Assembly (NCBI GenBank): GCA_946965045.2
Contig: OX337232.1
Span: forward strand, 2,108,001-2,172,000
DNA: 64,000 nt
Reading direction: 5' to 3'
Origin: Epithemia pelagica
Taxonomy: Eukaryota; Protista; Bacillariophyta
The notes below the pieces were generated by a model. It saw nothing but the letters and a program-made list of their open reading frames with translations, was not told the DNA's origin and ran no database searches. Position 1 is the first letter of the stretch. Each line of letters begins with the position of its first letter. A program made the position numbers and the translations under genes. Of this stretch, positions 12,855-23,407 are shown in pieces.

Positions 12855-14153
12855 ATGGCCGCTTTGAGGTGGAACCAGTTACCGTTGTTGCTTGTCCTTT
12901 TGGCGCCGTCCTGCGCTGGACTCTTGTCGTCTCAGAGGACAAAGGCAGTTGACATGTCGAGTTTGCCGACCAGCCAAACGTTGGTGAGGATTGCCGAATC
13001 GTCGTGGAGAACCTCGGCGGCTCGCCATCAACAAAGAATCTTGGAATTGCTCCAGCCTGGTCTGACCGACCTTTCCCATCCTATGAATGTGGGATTGAAG
13101 AGATCTCGTCGAAGAAATAAAGCAACGAATGGCATAAGCCCGGACGGACGACAACATGTGTGGACTTCGTTGGATCCCAAGAATCCAATTTACAATTTTC
13201 TAATTGAATATTATGGATTAAAGGGTTCCAAAGGAACCCGTCGTTTGGCAAGATGGTCGCCATGTCCTTCTCTGCTATTATCTTCCCAAGATGGTGCAGA
13301 AGAGAATACCATTGCTGATGCAATTCTACTGGAAGGCGCGGACGAACGCGATCTAGGTGATTTATTACATTTGCGCGGTGCCATGCCGCACAATGATGGG
13401 ATTCTGTACAGTCCATGCCACTTTTTTGGAAAGGGTAATGTGGGACCTTCATCAGAGGGAAAGAAAAAGACGGCTGTACCATTTCTCTGGTATCACTCGG
13501 TCCTGCAACAAACCCTGAGGGCAGAACCGGTGTTGCATTGTCATGGCCTCCATGAATGGGCGATGCAATATCAACCAGACGGTGCTCCTCCACCACCCAG
13601 TGCCAAATACCAATCGCATTTACCCTTGCGTGTAGATCGACAAGTGATTAATCAAGTGGTCGAACGCAAAGGTGTCCATTGCACTCATGTGGATGCCCTG
13701 AAATATTTTGCCCCGGCGGCAGGCCCCCTCAATGCCCATGGTGCCACACTCCAACGCTCCGATCAACTGAGACTGGAACAACCGGCCTGTGTACATGCTC
13801 AAATGGATCTCATCAAAATCAGTCTCAAACTGCAGCCCTTTATCGATACAGACCTGTTAAGTAGGGCAGTGGAAATTGGTCTCCGAGCACGGCGCTTGGA
13901 TGTTTCGGCGAGTCCCTACGACGGGACCGCCTATGGCCTCTCAGTAATCCCGATTGAGACTCCAGAAGGACGAGCGCAGTACCGAGAAGAACAGGTAAAA
14001 ATTATGCATGATGCCAACAAGGTCCGACGGGACCTACTAAAAGCGTACAATGTGTTTCTTCGAATTGCCTTTGACATTGAAGACTTGAGCAGCTTGGAAC
14101 CAGAATTGTTGCTGAATCGAGACCAAAGAGAGCAGAGTCATGCACCTCAATGA
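12855..14153 (+). CDS. Conserved uncharacterised protein resembling the actinobacterial family often auto-annotated '3-methyladenine DNA glycosylase'; N-terminal signal/plastid-like presequence
   Basis: Ordered motifs NFLIEYY, RLARWSP, CHGLHEWAMQY, HLPLRV, CTHVDALKYF, EQPACVHAQMDL, ARRLDVSASPYD and IETPEGRAQY recall that family (recognised from memory). Intronless. Confidence 0.75.
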   Translation: MAALRWNQLPLLLVLLAPSCAGLLSSQRTKAVDMSSLPTSQTLVRIAESSWRTSAARHQQRILELLQPGLTDLSHPMNVGLKRSRRRNKATNGISPDGRQHVWTSLDPKNPIYNFLIEYYGLKGSKGTRRLARWSPCPSLLLSSQDGAEENTIADAILLEGADERDLGDLLHLRGAMPHNDGILYSPCHFFGKGNVGPSSEGKKKTAVPFLWYHSVLQQTLRAEPVLHCHGLHEWAMQYQPDGAPPPPSAKYQSHLPLRVDRQVINQVVERKGVHCTHVDALKYFAPAAGPLNAHGATLQRSDQLRLEQPACVHAQMDLIKISLKLQPFIDTDLLSRAVEIGLRARRLDVSASPYDGTAYGLSVIPIETPEGRAQYREEQVKIMHDANKVRRDLLKAYNVFLRIAFDIEDLSSLEPELLLNRDQREQSHAPQ

Positions 14154-14479
14154 ATCGGCATAGTATAACAATGAAATATGTATCTGAGAAAGTGGATTGG
14201 AGTTCATCTTTTAAGGAATCTGCAGAGAAACACGTCGTCCATCAAGACATCATTCGTGTTAGTCACAATCCGTTGCGTTAAAGACATCAAATCGCACAGC
14301 GGCTTATGATAATGGGATCATTGTTGAAGTCATGGTGCATGACACAGCTTGTTTCCGTTGTTTCAAATGTTCTTTACGTCATTCATTGGTACTCGTACCT
14401 ACGGAATCTAATGGTTGCTTAGCACATTTTTGAACTTTTTCGATAGATCCATGGTTGTCAGCATTTTGTTGGGACAGTA

Positions 14480-17088
14480 TTATTCCAGTTTGTTGTCTCC
14501 CGTCTCTGCTTTTATCTTTGGATACTGCAGTGTCCGTTGGGCTCTGAAAATTCGCTCTTTGCGCCATTCTTCAAAGGTCATGGTTCGAGTGGTGGTTTCA
14601 GTTTCAGCGTCCTCCTCTTTGTTACACGGGAACAAGAGGCGTTGATGGGGATCGAGTCCCACAAACAGTGCACATCCATTTCTCGTCGACTTATTCGTTG
14701 GTGTTCCACCGGCCACGACCGGTACGACTCGGTGGAGCGCTGACACAAGTCGTCCCTGACTCAACTCGGAAAGACAGTCGGCTACATTGACTACAAACAC
14801 AGGGTCGTGACCCTCCACAATCGGAGGAAGGTTGACGTCGATCCACGGTGCATTTTCGTCGTCTGTCTGTTGGGTTTCACCTTGAGGACCGTCTCCTTTT
14901 CCTATCCTTTGTAGTTTGGCGCACTCATATCCCTGGTCAAACAAGACAAGGGTAATTATACCGACGTCAGTGTGAGCTGCCACAAGAGGATCTCGTGATG
15001 ACTGTTTCTTTTTGCGGCTTTGTTGTTGCTGTTGTTTGTGTCGTGCACCGTGTCGGTACCCTAGCAGCGTGAGAATGGACGAATCCCGAGTTTCAGAAGA
15101 TCTCATAACATCCATCGCACTTGTTTGATTGTCGTCATGTTCGTCCATTTGACTGGTTGGATGCTGTTGCAACAAGGGCTCCAAAAATGGTTTCAGGTCC
15201 TCGTAACGGTGAATCAATCCATGGCAAATGGCTTTAACAATACCATTCGCAACCATAGACGCCTTCTGATAATACTCTTCCATGACATGCTGAAATTCAT
15301 GCGCCTCTTTCCAGAGATCCGAGGAGGGCCATTCATTCGGTTGCCACAAGGATGAAAGGGATGGTGGACAAGACGAAGGAATATGAGCACCCTTACTCGA
15401 ACCTTGATGCACGGGTGGACCCATTCGGAATTTGCGAACCAAATCATTCTTTCCTTGCACATTGAGAAGGGAAGCAAAGTTTTCGGTACACATGGGGGAA
15501 TATCCCCGTCGTGCACGATCTTTGGCACTCAGGCAGGATCGGCGTACCTTCTCAGGTACCTCCTGCAAGAATTTCCGAGTCATGGTCAAGGCTGCGTTAC
15601 AGACGCCGGCCTCGAATGGGACACACACATGAGCAAATCCATTGTTGTGTTGCAATTCCTCCAATAATTCCATGGCTGCGACAGAACGCTGTTTCTGGTT
15701 TGCAACAAAGTTGTTGTTACTTTCATCTTCACCTACGGCACCACACCAGGATGACATGTCAATCACCTTGTGATGTTGCATAAAATTTTGGTATTGTGTT
15801 GCCGTGTCGGGAGTTGGTGCCTGCTCTTCAGGCAAGGGTGGTGGTGCAAAGGGGAATAATCTTTGACAAGGCGAAAGCATTTGAATCTTCGACTCGTCAA
15901 TCTGAAATAAGCAATGTAAAACATAATAAAGACAATAAAAGACAAAACCATTCTTGAGGATGCATGTGTCACGAGGCACAAGGCACTCCAGAACGGGAGG
16001 ATGGGTGATCGATCGTAATATTGTAGTCGATGGACACTCTGAGTCATGAACACACGTACCGGAATTCGATGCCACAAGAGCTTTTGGCATCCCCAAACCT
16101 TGAGTGTTCCGTCGTACAATTGGTAAAGTGTTGTTCCCATTGTTGTTTCGTGTAGGGCTTCAATCGATGTATCCGGAACGATATCCAACAAATACTGCTG
16201 ATAAATTGGTTGAGGCACAAAAAATGCATTGTACAGAGTCGTCTCGACCAAAACATAGCCGTGCTGGTGACAGAGTTCGACCAGAGCGGCCAAACTGGCT
16301 CCATGATGAGAATTGCCGCTCGTGGTGGGTGGAATGTAAATGAGATCCGAGGGCATGGTAGGGTTGAATTCAACGCAAATGAGCCGTGGTCGAAAGGGTG
16401 AATCCACAAGAATGTTGTGCAACACCCAGTAATCCATACCATCAATATCAATGCACAAAAAATCAAACTCCAATGGCAAAGCGTCCCAATTTTGGGAAAG
16501 CGACCGCTGTCGTTGCTCCTCCAGGAGGACGGCCAAACTATTGGGAGATCCTGGTTTGCCAGACACGGTCACGTTCAGACAAGTATTTCCCAAAGGACGG
16601 TGCAAGGCATCTAGTTGCTGAAACTTTTCAGTGTCGGCTTCGATCAAAATACCCTTCCAGATCATTGCACTAGTCTCGTTGCTGGTGGAGGATGGTTCTT
16701 GGATTGAGGAATTTGCCACAAGTAAGGAATAAGTATTGCTCCAGTGCTCCCCATCCCATGCCCCAACGTCCACACACCATCGAGGGGCATGCTTATTTGG
16801 TGGGCTTTGATCTTTCCTTGTATCTGCCGTCGGGGAAGGCAGTGGCATTACTTGATCAAAGAAATGGGAAAGAATTCCATCCTCCCCATTCTGCGAAGTC
16901 ACATTCTTCGAAAACCGGAGCAAACCATCACGACGACGGCGAGAAGGGACATGTCGACGGCGAATCACTGGCTCTTCACCCGAACCATCACTACAAGCCG
17001 TCGTCGTCGCCATCGTGAGTTGTTTTGGTTGGATCTTTTTTGATGACATAGTTTGTGGAATATTGTCCTCATGATGTCTCACAGACAT
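14480..17088 (-). CDS. Fusion of an FkbM-like SAM methyltransferase and a 2OG-Fe(II) dioxygenase (IPNS/DIOX-like), ~816 aa, 2 exons (17088..16060, 15901..14480)
   Basis: N-half: CVDVGAWDG, ILIEAD, DFLCIDIDGMDYWV, ICVEFNP. C-half: RRGYSP, AHTDVGIITLV, VNVADCL, SALHRVV. Intron 15902..16059 (CCG|gtacgt...tttcag|ATT) is phase 0 on both sides. Confidence 0.85.
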
Positions 17089-17281
17089 TTTTTATGTCCA
17101 TCATGTCCTAAGTCTTTTTTGGTTGTCTGATGTCTGACTGTCGACCCTAACTCGTGACTCGCGCCATTTTTAACACGTGTCTGTGAGGACGTAGTGTGTA
17201 TTGTAGTGTGACGTGTGACCAATCACGATTCAGGGTTGTGCCGATCTTTTGTTTTAAAAAAATCTTTTCCCAAAAATTGAA

Positions 17282-17295
17282 ACCGCCAAGGCGGT
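17282..17295 (-). other. GC-rich hairpin ACCGCC-TT-GGCGGT, candidate 3' terminal hairpin of a Helitron-type element
   Basis: Perfect 6-bp stem about 85 bp downstream of the helicase stop, followed by a T-rich stretch on the element strand. Confidence 0.45.
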
Positions 17296-17378
17296 AAAGG
17301 ACGGCTGAGTTCAGTATCAGTAGTACAGTGGACAGGACTATTCTATTTATCCTTGGCAGCACTTCCTAGAAATGAAAG

Positions 17379-19205
17379 TTAATTATGTCTTTCATCGAGC
17401 TGAACCGCGGGTGGCGGACGTTTAGTTGTCCGGAAATGTACATGAAACTCTTTACATTCAGCAGACATTCCACGACATTTGTCGGCTATAAGTGGTTTTG
17501 CAAGGAAAAGGCCTTTGAGCTGGCAAACTCTCGACAAACAAACATAGTTCCAATTGCCCGTGTAGTCCCAGTTCGATATGTAAAGAAATTTGATTGATCT
17601 CCCTTGTAGCTTATGAACAGTCCTTGCATTGGACACATTGAGAGGAAGCTGCATCATTTTCATCGTTTTCCTCACTCGTTTCATGCCAAACATGGGGAGT
17701 GGGAACTGCACTTGTTGAGTAACAGTCTGAGGCTTCAAAAGAACAACATGGTTCTGGTTTCCATCAACCATTTTCACCTTGATTCCCTCGATTTGAGTGA
17801 CCTTAAGACTCCAAACATAATTTCCATCAATCAATATTTTCTCCAAATCAGTTAATGTCACCCCTTGCTTAAGGAGAACGCCATTGAATTCACACATGGC
17901 TCCATTAGCAATACATGACTCAACGTCTTTGTTTTCATTGATACACAACGGTCTTCCATAATACAGTTTCAAAAGTGGATCGTATCTCTTGTTGTCTCGT
18001 CCTTGCAAGTGACCCTCACCACAGGTGGCATATAGGATATCTTCACTTGCCTTGTTGAAATCAACATAGTCATTTCTTGTTCCCGCTTTTTTCCACTTCA
18101 AGTTGGACGCTTTGATACAGATTGTGTGCATGGGAGGGTCAACATTAGGATCTTTTGAATGGGAATTTTCCAGATGTTTAGCAAAAATGGCATCATTGAT
18201 TGCTGCTCAATCAAGATTAGTTTTTGTTGCATAAACCACATTTGGAGGAATGTCTTTCTCTGTTGGTCCATGTTTAGATCCAACAACACGAGTATTGATT
18301 GTCGCCACATCACCATTGCTTGGTCCCTCGTCTCGAAATGTCTCAAGAATTGTCCCCCATGGTGGATCAAGGCGAAACCTGTGATTTGTCTTAAGTTCAA
18401 GGAATGTGTGTACCCAGTCATACCATTTCACGAAGTCCTTAAAAAGGAATAATGGTTGGGCTTTGACTGGTTTCAGTTGTGTGAAATCACCTGCAAAGAC
18501 AAGAGCAATTCCACCAAAGGCTGCATCCGGCTGCAATATTTGTCGCAATTTGTGATCAAGAGTATCAACGACTTCTTTTGAGGCAAATGAAATTTCATCA
18601 ACGATCAACAGATAAGCATTTTTCCATTGCTCTGGTTCCTTGGTAATTGCTCTGTTTAGTGCACAAGCCATAGCAGTTGTTTCTCCGTTTATCCCAACTG
18701 CTGCAGCACCTGTAAGAGCAGTAACGACAATAGTTCTCTTGTCATACCTGATGTGGAGGTTGTAGCACAAATTTTTGGCGTATCGTACAATTGTTTTGAT
18801 AACGTGGCTTTTCCCAGACCCCCCTGCTCCTGATAGAAATGCAATGAATTGGTTTCCCCTGTTGACTTTTTGCAATGTCTTTTGAATGTTGTCAAGTTTC
18901 CGTCGTTTCCGTTTTCTCCAACCTGTTGCGGTGTATAACCAACCACCCACATCTGGATGTGGTTCTGGATGTGATGCCGCATACAAGGCGGCCGAATCAT
19001 CCAGTCGTTGCATGAAATTGTCGTGGACGTCATCTGGATTGCTCCTGGGAGGAGGAGCATAATCATTGTTGTTGTCGGTTGATGGGCCCTCGTTTCGTTC
19101 ACAATCCCTCCAACAAGATGGAGTGCTCTGATTTCCAACGATTGGTATCTCTGTGTTGCTGTGCAGTCGCTCTCTCGATCTCTTGGTCGAACAGAAGTCA
19201 ACCAA
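17379..19205 (-). pseudogene. PIF1-family (SF1B) helicase of Helitron type, with an in-frame premature TGA at 18207..18209
   Basis: FLSGAGGSGKS, TALTGAAA, LIVDEISF, FGGIALVFAGDFTQLKPV and LKTNHRF motifs. After the stop the same frame continues (AAINDAIF...NKDVESCIANGA...TVHKLQGRSI...YVCLSRV). No HUH Rep domain was recognised upstream. Confidence 0.85.
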
Positions 19206-19699
19206 CCTCTGACTGAGCTATCGACGTCTCTCGTGTTCGTGTGCAAAGTCCAACAGCCAACAGCCATCACACAAGATCCTTGTCTGTCCTTGTTCACGCT
19301 TTTCCTGCACCGGCGGTGTCAAAGTTGTTGTCAAACGTCGAACCGCCTCTCTTGCCATAAATCTTTATCTTCCAAGATCCCACTATTATCATCACCATCA
19401 TGTTCAAGGCCTTTTTGCTGCACAAAACTCGACCGATGATTGATCCATTCCAAAGCAGAACTGACACAACAAATTTCGTTTCTCCGAGTTGGCCAAGGGA
19501 AACAAACCAGACATGTGCACGGTGCACTTTCCTCATTGTGATCATCCTCGTGCTTACAAACGAGATCATCCCGACAAAAAGGTGACCAATGGAGTATTTT
19601 CTTGTCCAGAAGCCGTCGAATCCTTCTCCCTTTGCCCTCATTGTGCGAGCCATGGTAAATTCTGGGGAAGGGCGTGATTGGGCTCATTACCAGAGTGCA

Positions 19700-20425
19700 A
19701 GATGCTCATATCCATCGACGAGAGTAGTTACGATCGTGTGCGTCTACAGAGCCTGCTTTCATTGGCGGGAAAGTGATACTCCTATGTGCATCTGAATCTT
19801 AGAATGTAGAGAGCCCGCCAACAAGAAAGAGTACTTTGAGACCATAGACAAGAGGGAAAACAAGTAAGAGTAGTATCGGTCTGTTGAGTCCTAGTTCGAA
19901 AGCGGAAGTTCCCTTAATAGAGGAAATTTCTACTCCTATATCCATTTGAATCTTAGCATGTAGAGAGGCCGCCAACAAGATGGACTTCTCTGATTTCCAT
20001 ACACAAGAGGCAAACAGATGCTCATATCCATCGACGAGAGTAGTTACGATCGTGTGCGTCTGCGGAGCCTGCTTTCATTGGCGGGAAAGTGATACTCCTA
20101 TGTGCATCTGAATCTTGGAATGTAGAGAGCCCGCCAACAAGAAAGAGTACTTTGAGACCATAGACAAGAGGGAAAACAAGTAAGAGTAGTATCGGTCTGT
20201 TGAGTCCTAGTTCGAAAGCGGAAGATCCCTTAATAGAGGAAATTTCTACTCCTATATCCATTTGAATCTTAGCATGTAGAGAGCCCGCCAACAAGATGGA
20301 GTTCTCTGATTTCCATACACAAGAGGCAAACCAGTGAGAGTATTGGTCTGTTGAGTGCTGCTTCCAAGGCCAAACATCCCGTAATAGAGGAAATTTATAC
20401 TCCCATGTGCATTTGAATTACAAAT
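19700..20425. repeat. Higher-order tandem repeat: two near-identical 316-bp units, each made of two diverged ~155-bp monomers, plus a fifth partial monomer
   Basis: GATGCTCATATCCATCG at 19701 and 20017, and CTAGTTCGAAAGCGG at 19891 and 20207 (period 316). The core TACTCCYATRTSCATYTGAAT recurs at 19777, 19931, 20093, 20247 and 20398. Confidence 0.95.
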
Positions 20426-20592
20426 AGCGATGGGAGTATACCATGAAAACATTTTTCTCGGTTCTTGAACGGTTCCAATTGGAGAAGCGTTGAGGATCGA
20501 GAAAACACGATTTTCTCGATGCAGCCTCATCTCCTCAAGCCAAGTCCAACAATCAACTCATATTTCCTTCCTCGACAAACAACATCCGCATC

Positions 20593-21424
20593 ATGACTCC
20601 ACCAGCGAAAAAGGCAAGTTTGATTGTTGCGTCGTTCTATCACTACATGGCATTCATCCATGCTCACCTTTCTTTTTTCTTCTCCTCACCAGGAAATAAT
20701 CAAGAAGTTCAAGTTCACGGCAACGAAGAAGAAAGGTGTTGCTCCTTCTCCGAGTAGATCGAAGCCCAGGGTCTCTGAGATCCATTCGGAACGTTGTGGC
20801 CCTAACTCACAGTTTATTGTTGCTTACATGAAGCTCGCAGGGACCAAAACAGAGCGGTCGGGATACATGAATCCTGTATTTGATCTGATTAAAGAAAAGG
20901 AAAAGTGCCTTTTTGATGAGTTTGATGTGCGAATTCAAAAACTGTATCGTCGTCTCTTACCTGAGAAGGATGAACCGATGATGAATGGCAACCCGGACAA
21001 GTCCGGAACCGAATACCCCTGGCCGTGCGTTGTTGGATTCTGTGACGACGCTGACGATGACACAAAGAAAAAGACTCTGACCAAAAATTTGTGTAAGACC
21101 ATTGCCGAGGTGATGGAGAAGAATGACAAAGAACACGGATACAATCGCACTTACAGCTACAACACTCCTGACTTGGATCACACCGGCAATATTCCTCGCC
21201 CTTTGGATAATCTGTTTCAAGATGAAGAAGTCAATGCTCTTGTTCAAAACTACTTCGAACTCGGTGATGACAATGATCTGTTCACCTATCTTGGTGGCGA
21301 AGACGATGGTGTGGCAGACCAGGCTTTTTCGCGTGATGAATACGGCATGTACTCCTGGAACACGCGAAACTATGTCGGCTATGACCTCACGCGCCCTATC
21401 CTAGCAGACAAGGCAGCATTTTAG
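20593..21424 (+). CDS. Orphan protein (~250 aa), basic N-terminus and acidic C-terminus; 2 exons (20593..20613, 20693..21424) with a predicted GC-AG intron
   Basis: Open 266-codon frame. ATG ACT CCA CCA GCG AAA AAG|gcaagt...polypyrimidine caccag|GAA gives MTPPAKK-EIIKKFKF in frame. Confidence 0.7.
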
Positions 21425-21840
21425 CTTAGTACTAGCTAAACAGCTCTAGTCCTTGTCGTTTTGGCGATTGTCTCTTGTTAAAAAAACCGGGGCAATAAAA
21501 ACGGTGCTCCCGGTATTAAGCCTCATGACACACACATGATGAAATTTTTGTCTTGTAATGTCCTACATATCAATCATTAGCTAAGCCTGACGAATAAATT
21601 TGTGTACACTACATAACTTCTCAGTCTTGTGAGCCATCGGTAAATAAGCTCAACGCCAAGGACAAGCTGCTCGCCACAATAGGCTATAATATTCTTGAGC
21701 AGCCCAATTCCCATTATTTGGTCTATTTAACAGTACATCCAGTACGAGTACGTCTCTAGTACAACATTACTGCAGAAGTACGAGTCGTGCTTCTATTTTG
21801 TCACGGTGCTCCCACGGGATGGTTCTCGCAAACCTCACAA

Positions 21841-22018
21841 AATGAAGCGGACAAGACGACAAGCGGACAAGATGAAGCGGACAAGACGACAAGCGGACAA
21901 GATGAAGCGGACAAGACGACAAGACGACAAGCGGACAAGACGACAAGACGACAAGCGGACAAGCGGACAAAACGACAAGCGGACAAGCGGACAAAACGAC
22001 AAGCGGACAAAACGACAA
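21841..22018. repeat. Minisatellite of interleaved 8-bp units AAGCGGAC / AAGACGAC / AAAACGAC (plus AAGATG) in the inverted-repeat spacer
   Basis: Directly visible; it also generates the repetitive short ORFs of the track. Confidence 0.95.
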
Positions 22019-22662
22019 TCAAACCAAACGCAACAAGTTCTACTACGAAGTTAAGCTACGGGAAACTACGGGCAACTACCGGAGGCAAGGCCACTTCTCA
22101 AGAGGAGATGTTCTCAGGAAGGGTCTCAACATCTGCCAAACAAACGTACACCTCAAGCAACTTGTTAACTGCTCGCTGCAACAAATCTACTTGGTTCATA
22201 ATCTCTGATGCAGTGGTCTGGTCGAATGCATTGTAGTCTTCAGCAGTTTTGTCTCCGACAAAGTGATTCCGTTGACGCGAAGAAGACGACCGTACAAGTC
22301 TGACGTCCTAGAGACCAACTGGTTTTCCACTTACTGTTAAATAGACCAAATAATGGGAATTGGGCTGCTCAAGAATATTATAGCCTATTGTGGCGAGCAG
22401 CTAGTCCTTGCCGTTGAGCTTATTTACCGATGGCTCACAAGACTGAGAAGTTATGTAGTGTACACAAATTTATTCGTCAGGCTTAGCTAATGATTGATAT
22501 GTAGGACATTACAAGACAAAAATTTCATCATGTGTGTCATGAGGCTTGATACCGGGAGCACCGTTTTTATTGCCCCGGTTTTTTGAACAAGAGACAATCG
22601 ACAATCGCCAAAACGACAAGGACTAGAGCTGTTTAGCTAGTAGGAGTACTAAGCTAAAATGC

Positions 22663-23407
22663 CAAGGATGTAAGTAGGTCACGTCACGGACCCCCTTACT
22701 GACTTGACGTGACCAGATTTTGATCAAAGGGTGACTTCTTTTAATCCAATTAGTCAAATGGGTGACGCATTAGGTACTCCGCAATAACGCACACATTTAC
22801 TAAGCTACGGATGCTTACATCTAATGAAGAGTGATCTCTAGATCTGATGTTGACTCTCCATCTCCTTATGGTACTTGAACACTCCCATAAAAGTCGGGAG
22901 ACTCGGGAGTGGGTCGACGTCCACCTCTTCCTCCTGCACACAGACAAAGCTAGACAGAGGGTACTTGTCATGGCGGACGTAGTGCTTGCGGCCAAAGTAC
23001 CGTCGATCCTCTTGAGGATAATTCTTGTCATTTACTGTTGGCAAGGGCTCTAGGTTTTCTCTCCGCTTTTCCGGAAAATCTTCGTTGTCATTGTCTTTTC
23101 CCTGTTGTGTTGATGCCCCTGCCACAGATCGTCAGAAGAGTCACCTTCACCTTCAGGGTCGTAATCCTTGTCTTCATCCCCGGATGACACAGGTGGTTGT
23201 GGTTCATCGTCTACCTCCATGCTTCTTGTTTTTTCTCATTTTTGTACGTTTCTCGTCGCATGGAATTGCACCAACGAAGCCCGGGAAGAATTTTCTTAAA
23301 TTGGTCACCAAATTAGTCACGGCCCAATAGGCTGACGTGACTTGTGACGCTTTCGGTCAATTCGTCAGACGTAAAAAAAAACTGACTTGTCAGCACTTAC
23401 ATCCTTG
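22663..23407. mobile_element. 745-bp non-autonomous DNA transposon with 13-bp TIRs (CAAGGATGTAAGT...ACTTACATCCTTG) and a target-site duplication
   Basis: Flanks are AGCTAAAATGC (22652..22662) and ATTTAAAATGC (23408..23418): TAAAATGC 8-bp exact, or 11 bp with 2 mismatches. The left IR arm shows the uninterrupted empty site. Subterminal GTCAC/GTGAC repeats and a frameshifted ORF remnant lie inside. Confidence 0.88.

Noticed and set aside
12855-17088. Biosynthetic gene cluster formed by the fusion enzyme and neighbours
   Set aside because: No scaffold synthase (PKS/NRPS/terpene cyclase) nearby; PMK is primary mevalonate metabolism 10 kb away.
19700-20425. Possible CRISPR array or LRR-coding repeat
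   Set aside because: Whole 316-bp units are duplicated, including the would-be spacers; eukaryotic context with no cas genes; the frames contain stops.
21767-22236. Repetitive ORFs (CPLVVLSA / KRTRRQAD repeats)
   Set aside because: Translation products of the 8-bp minisatellite.
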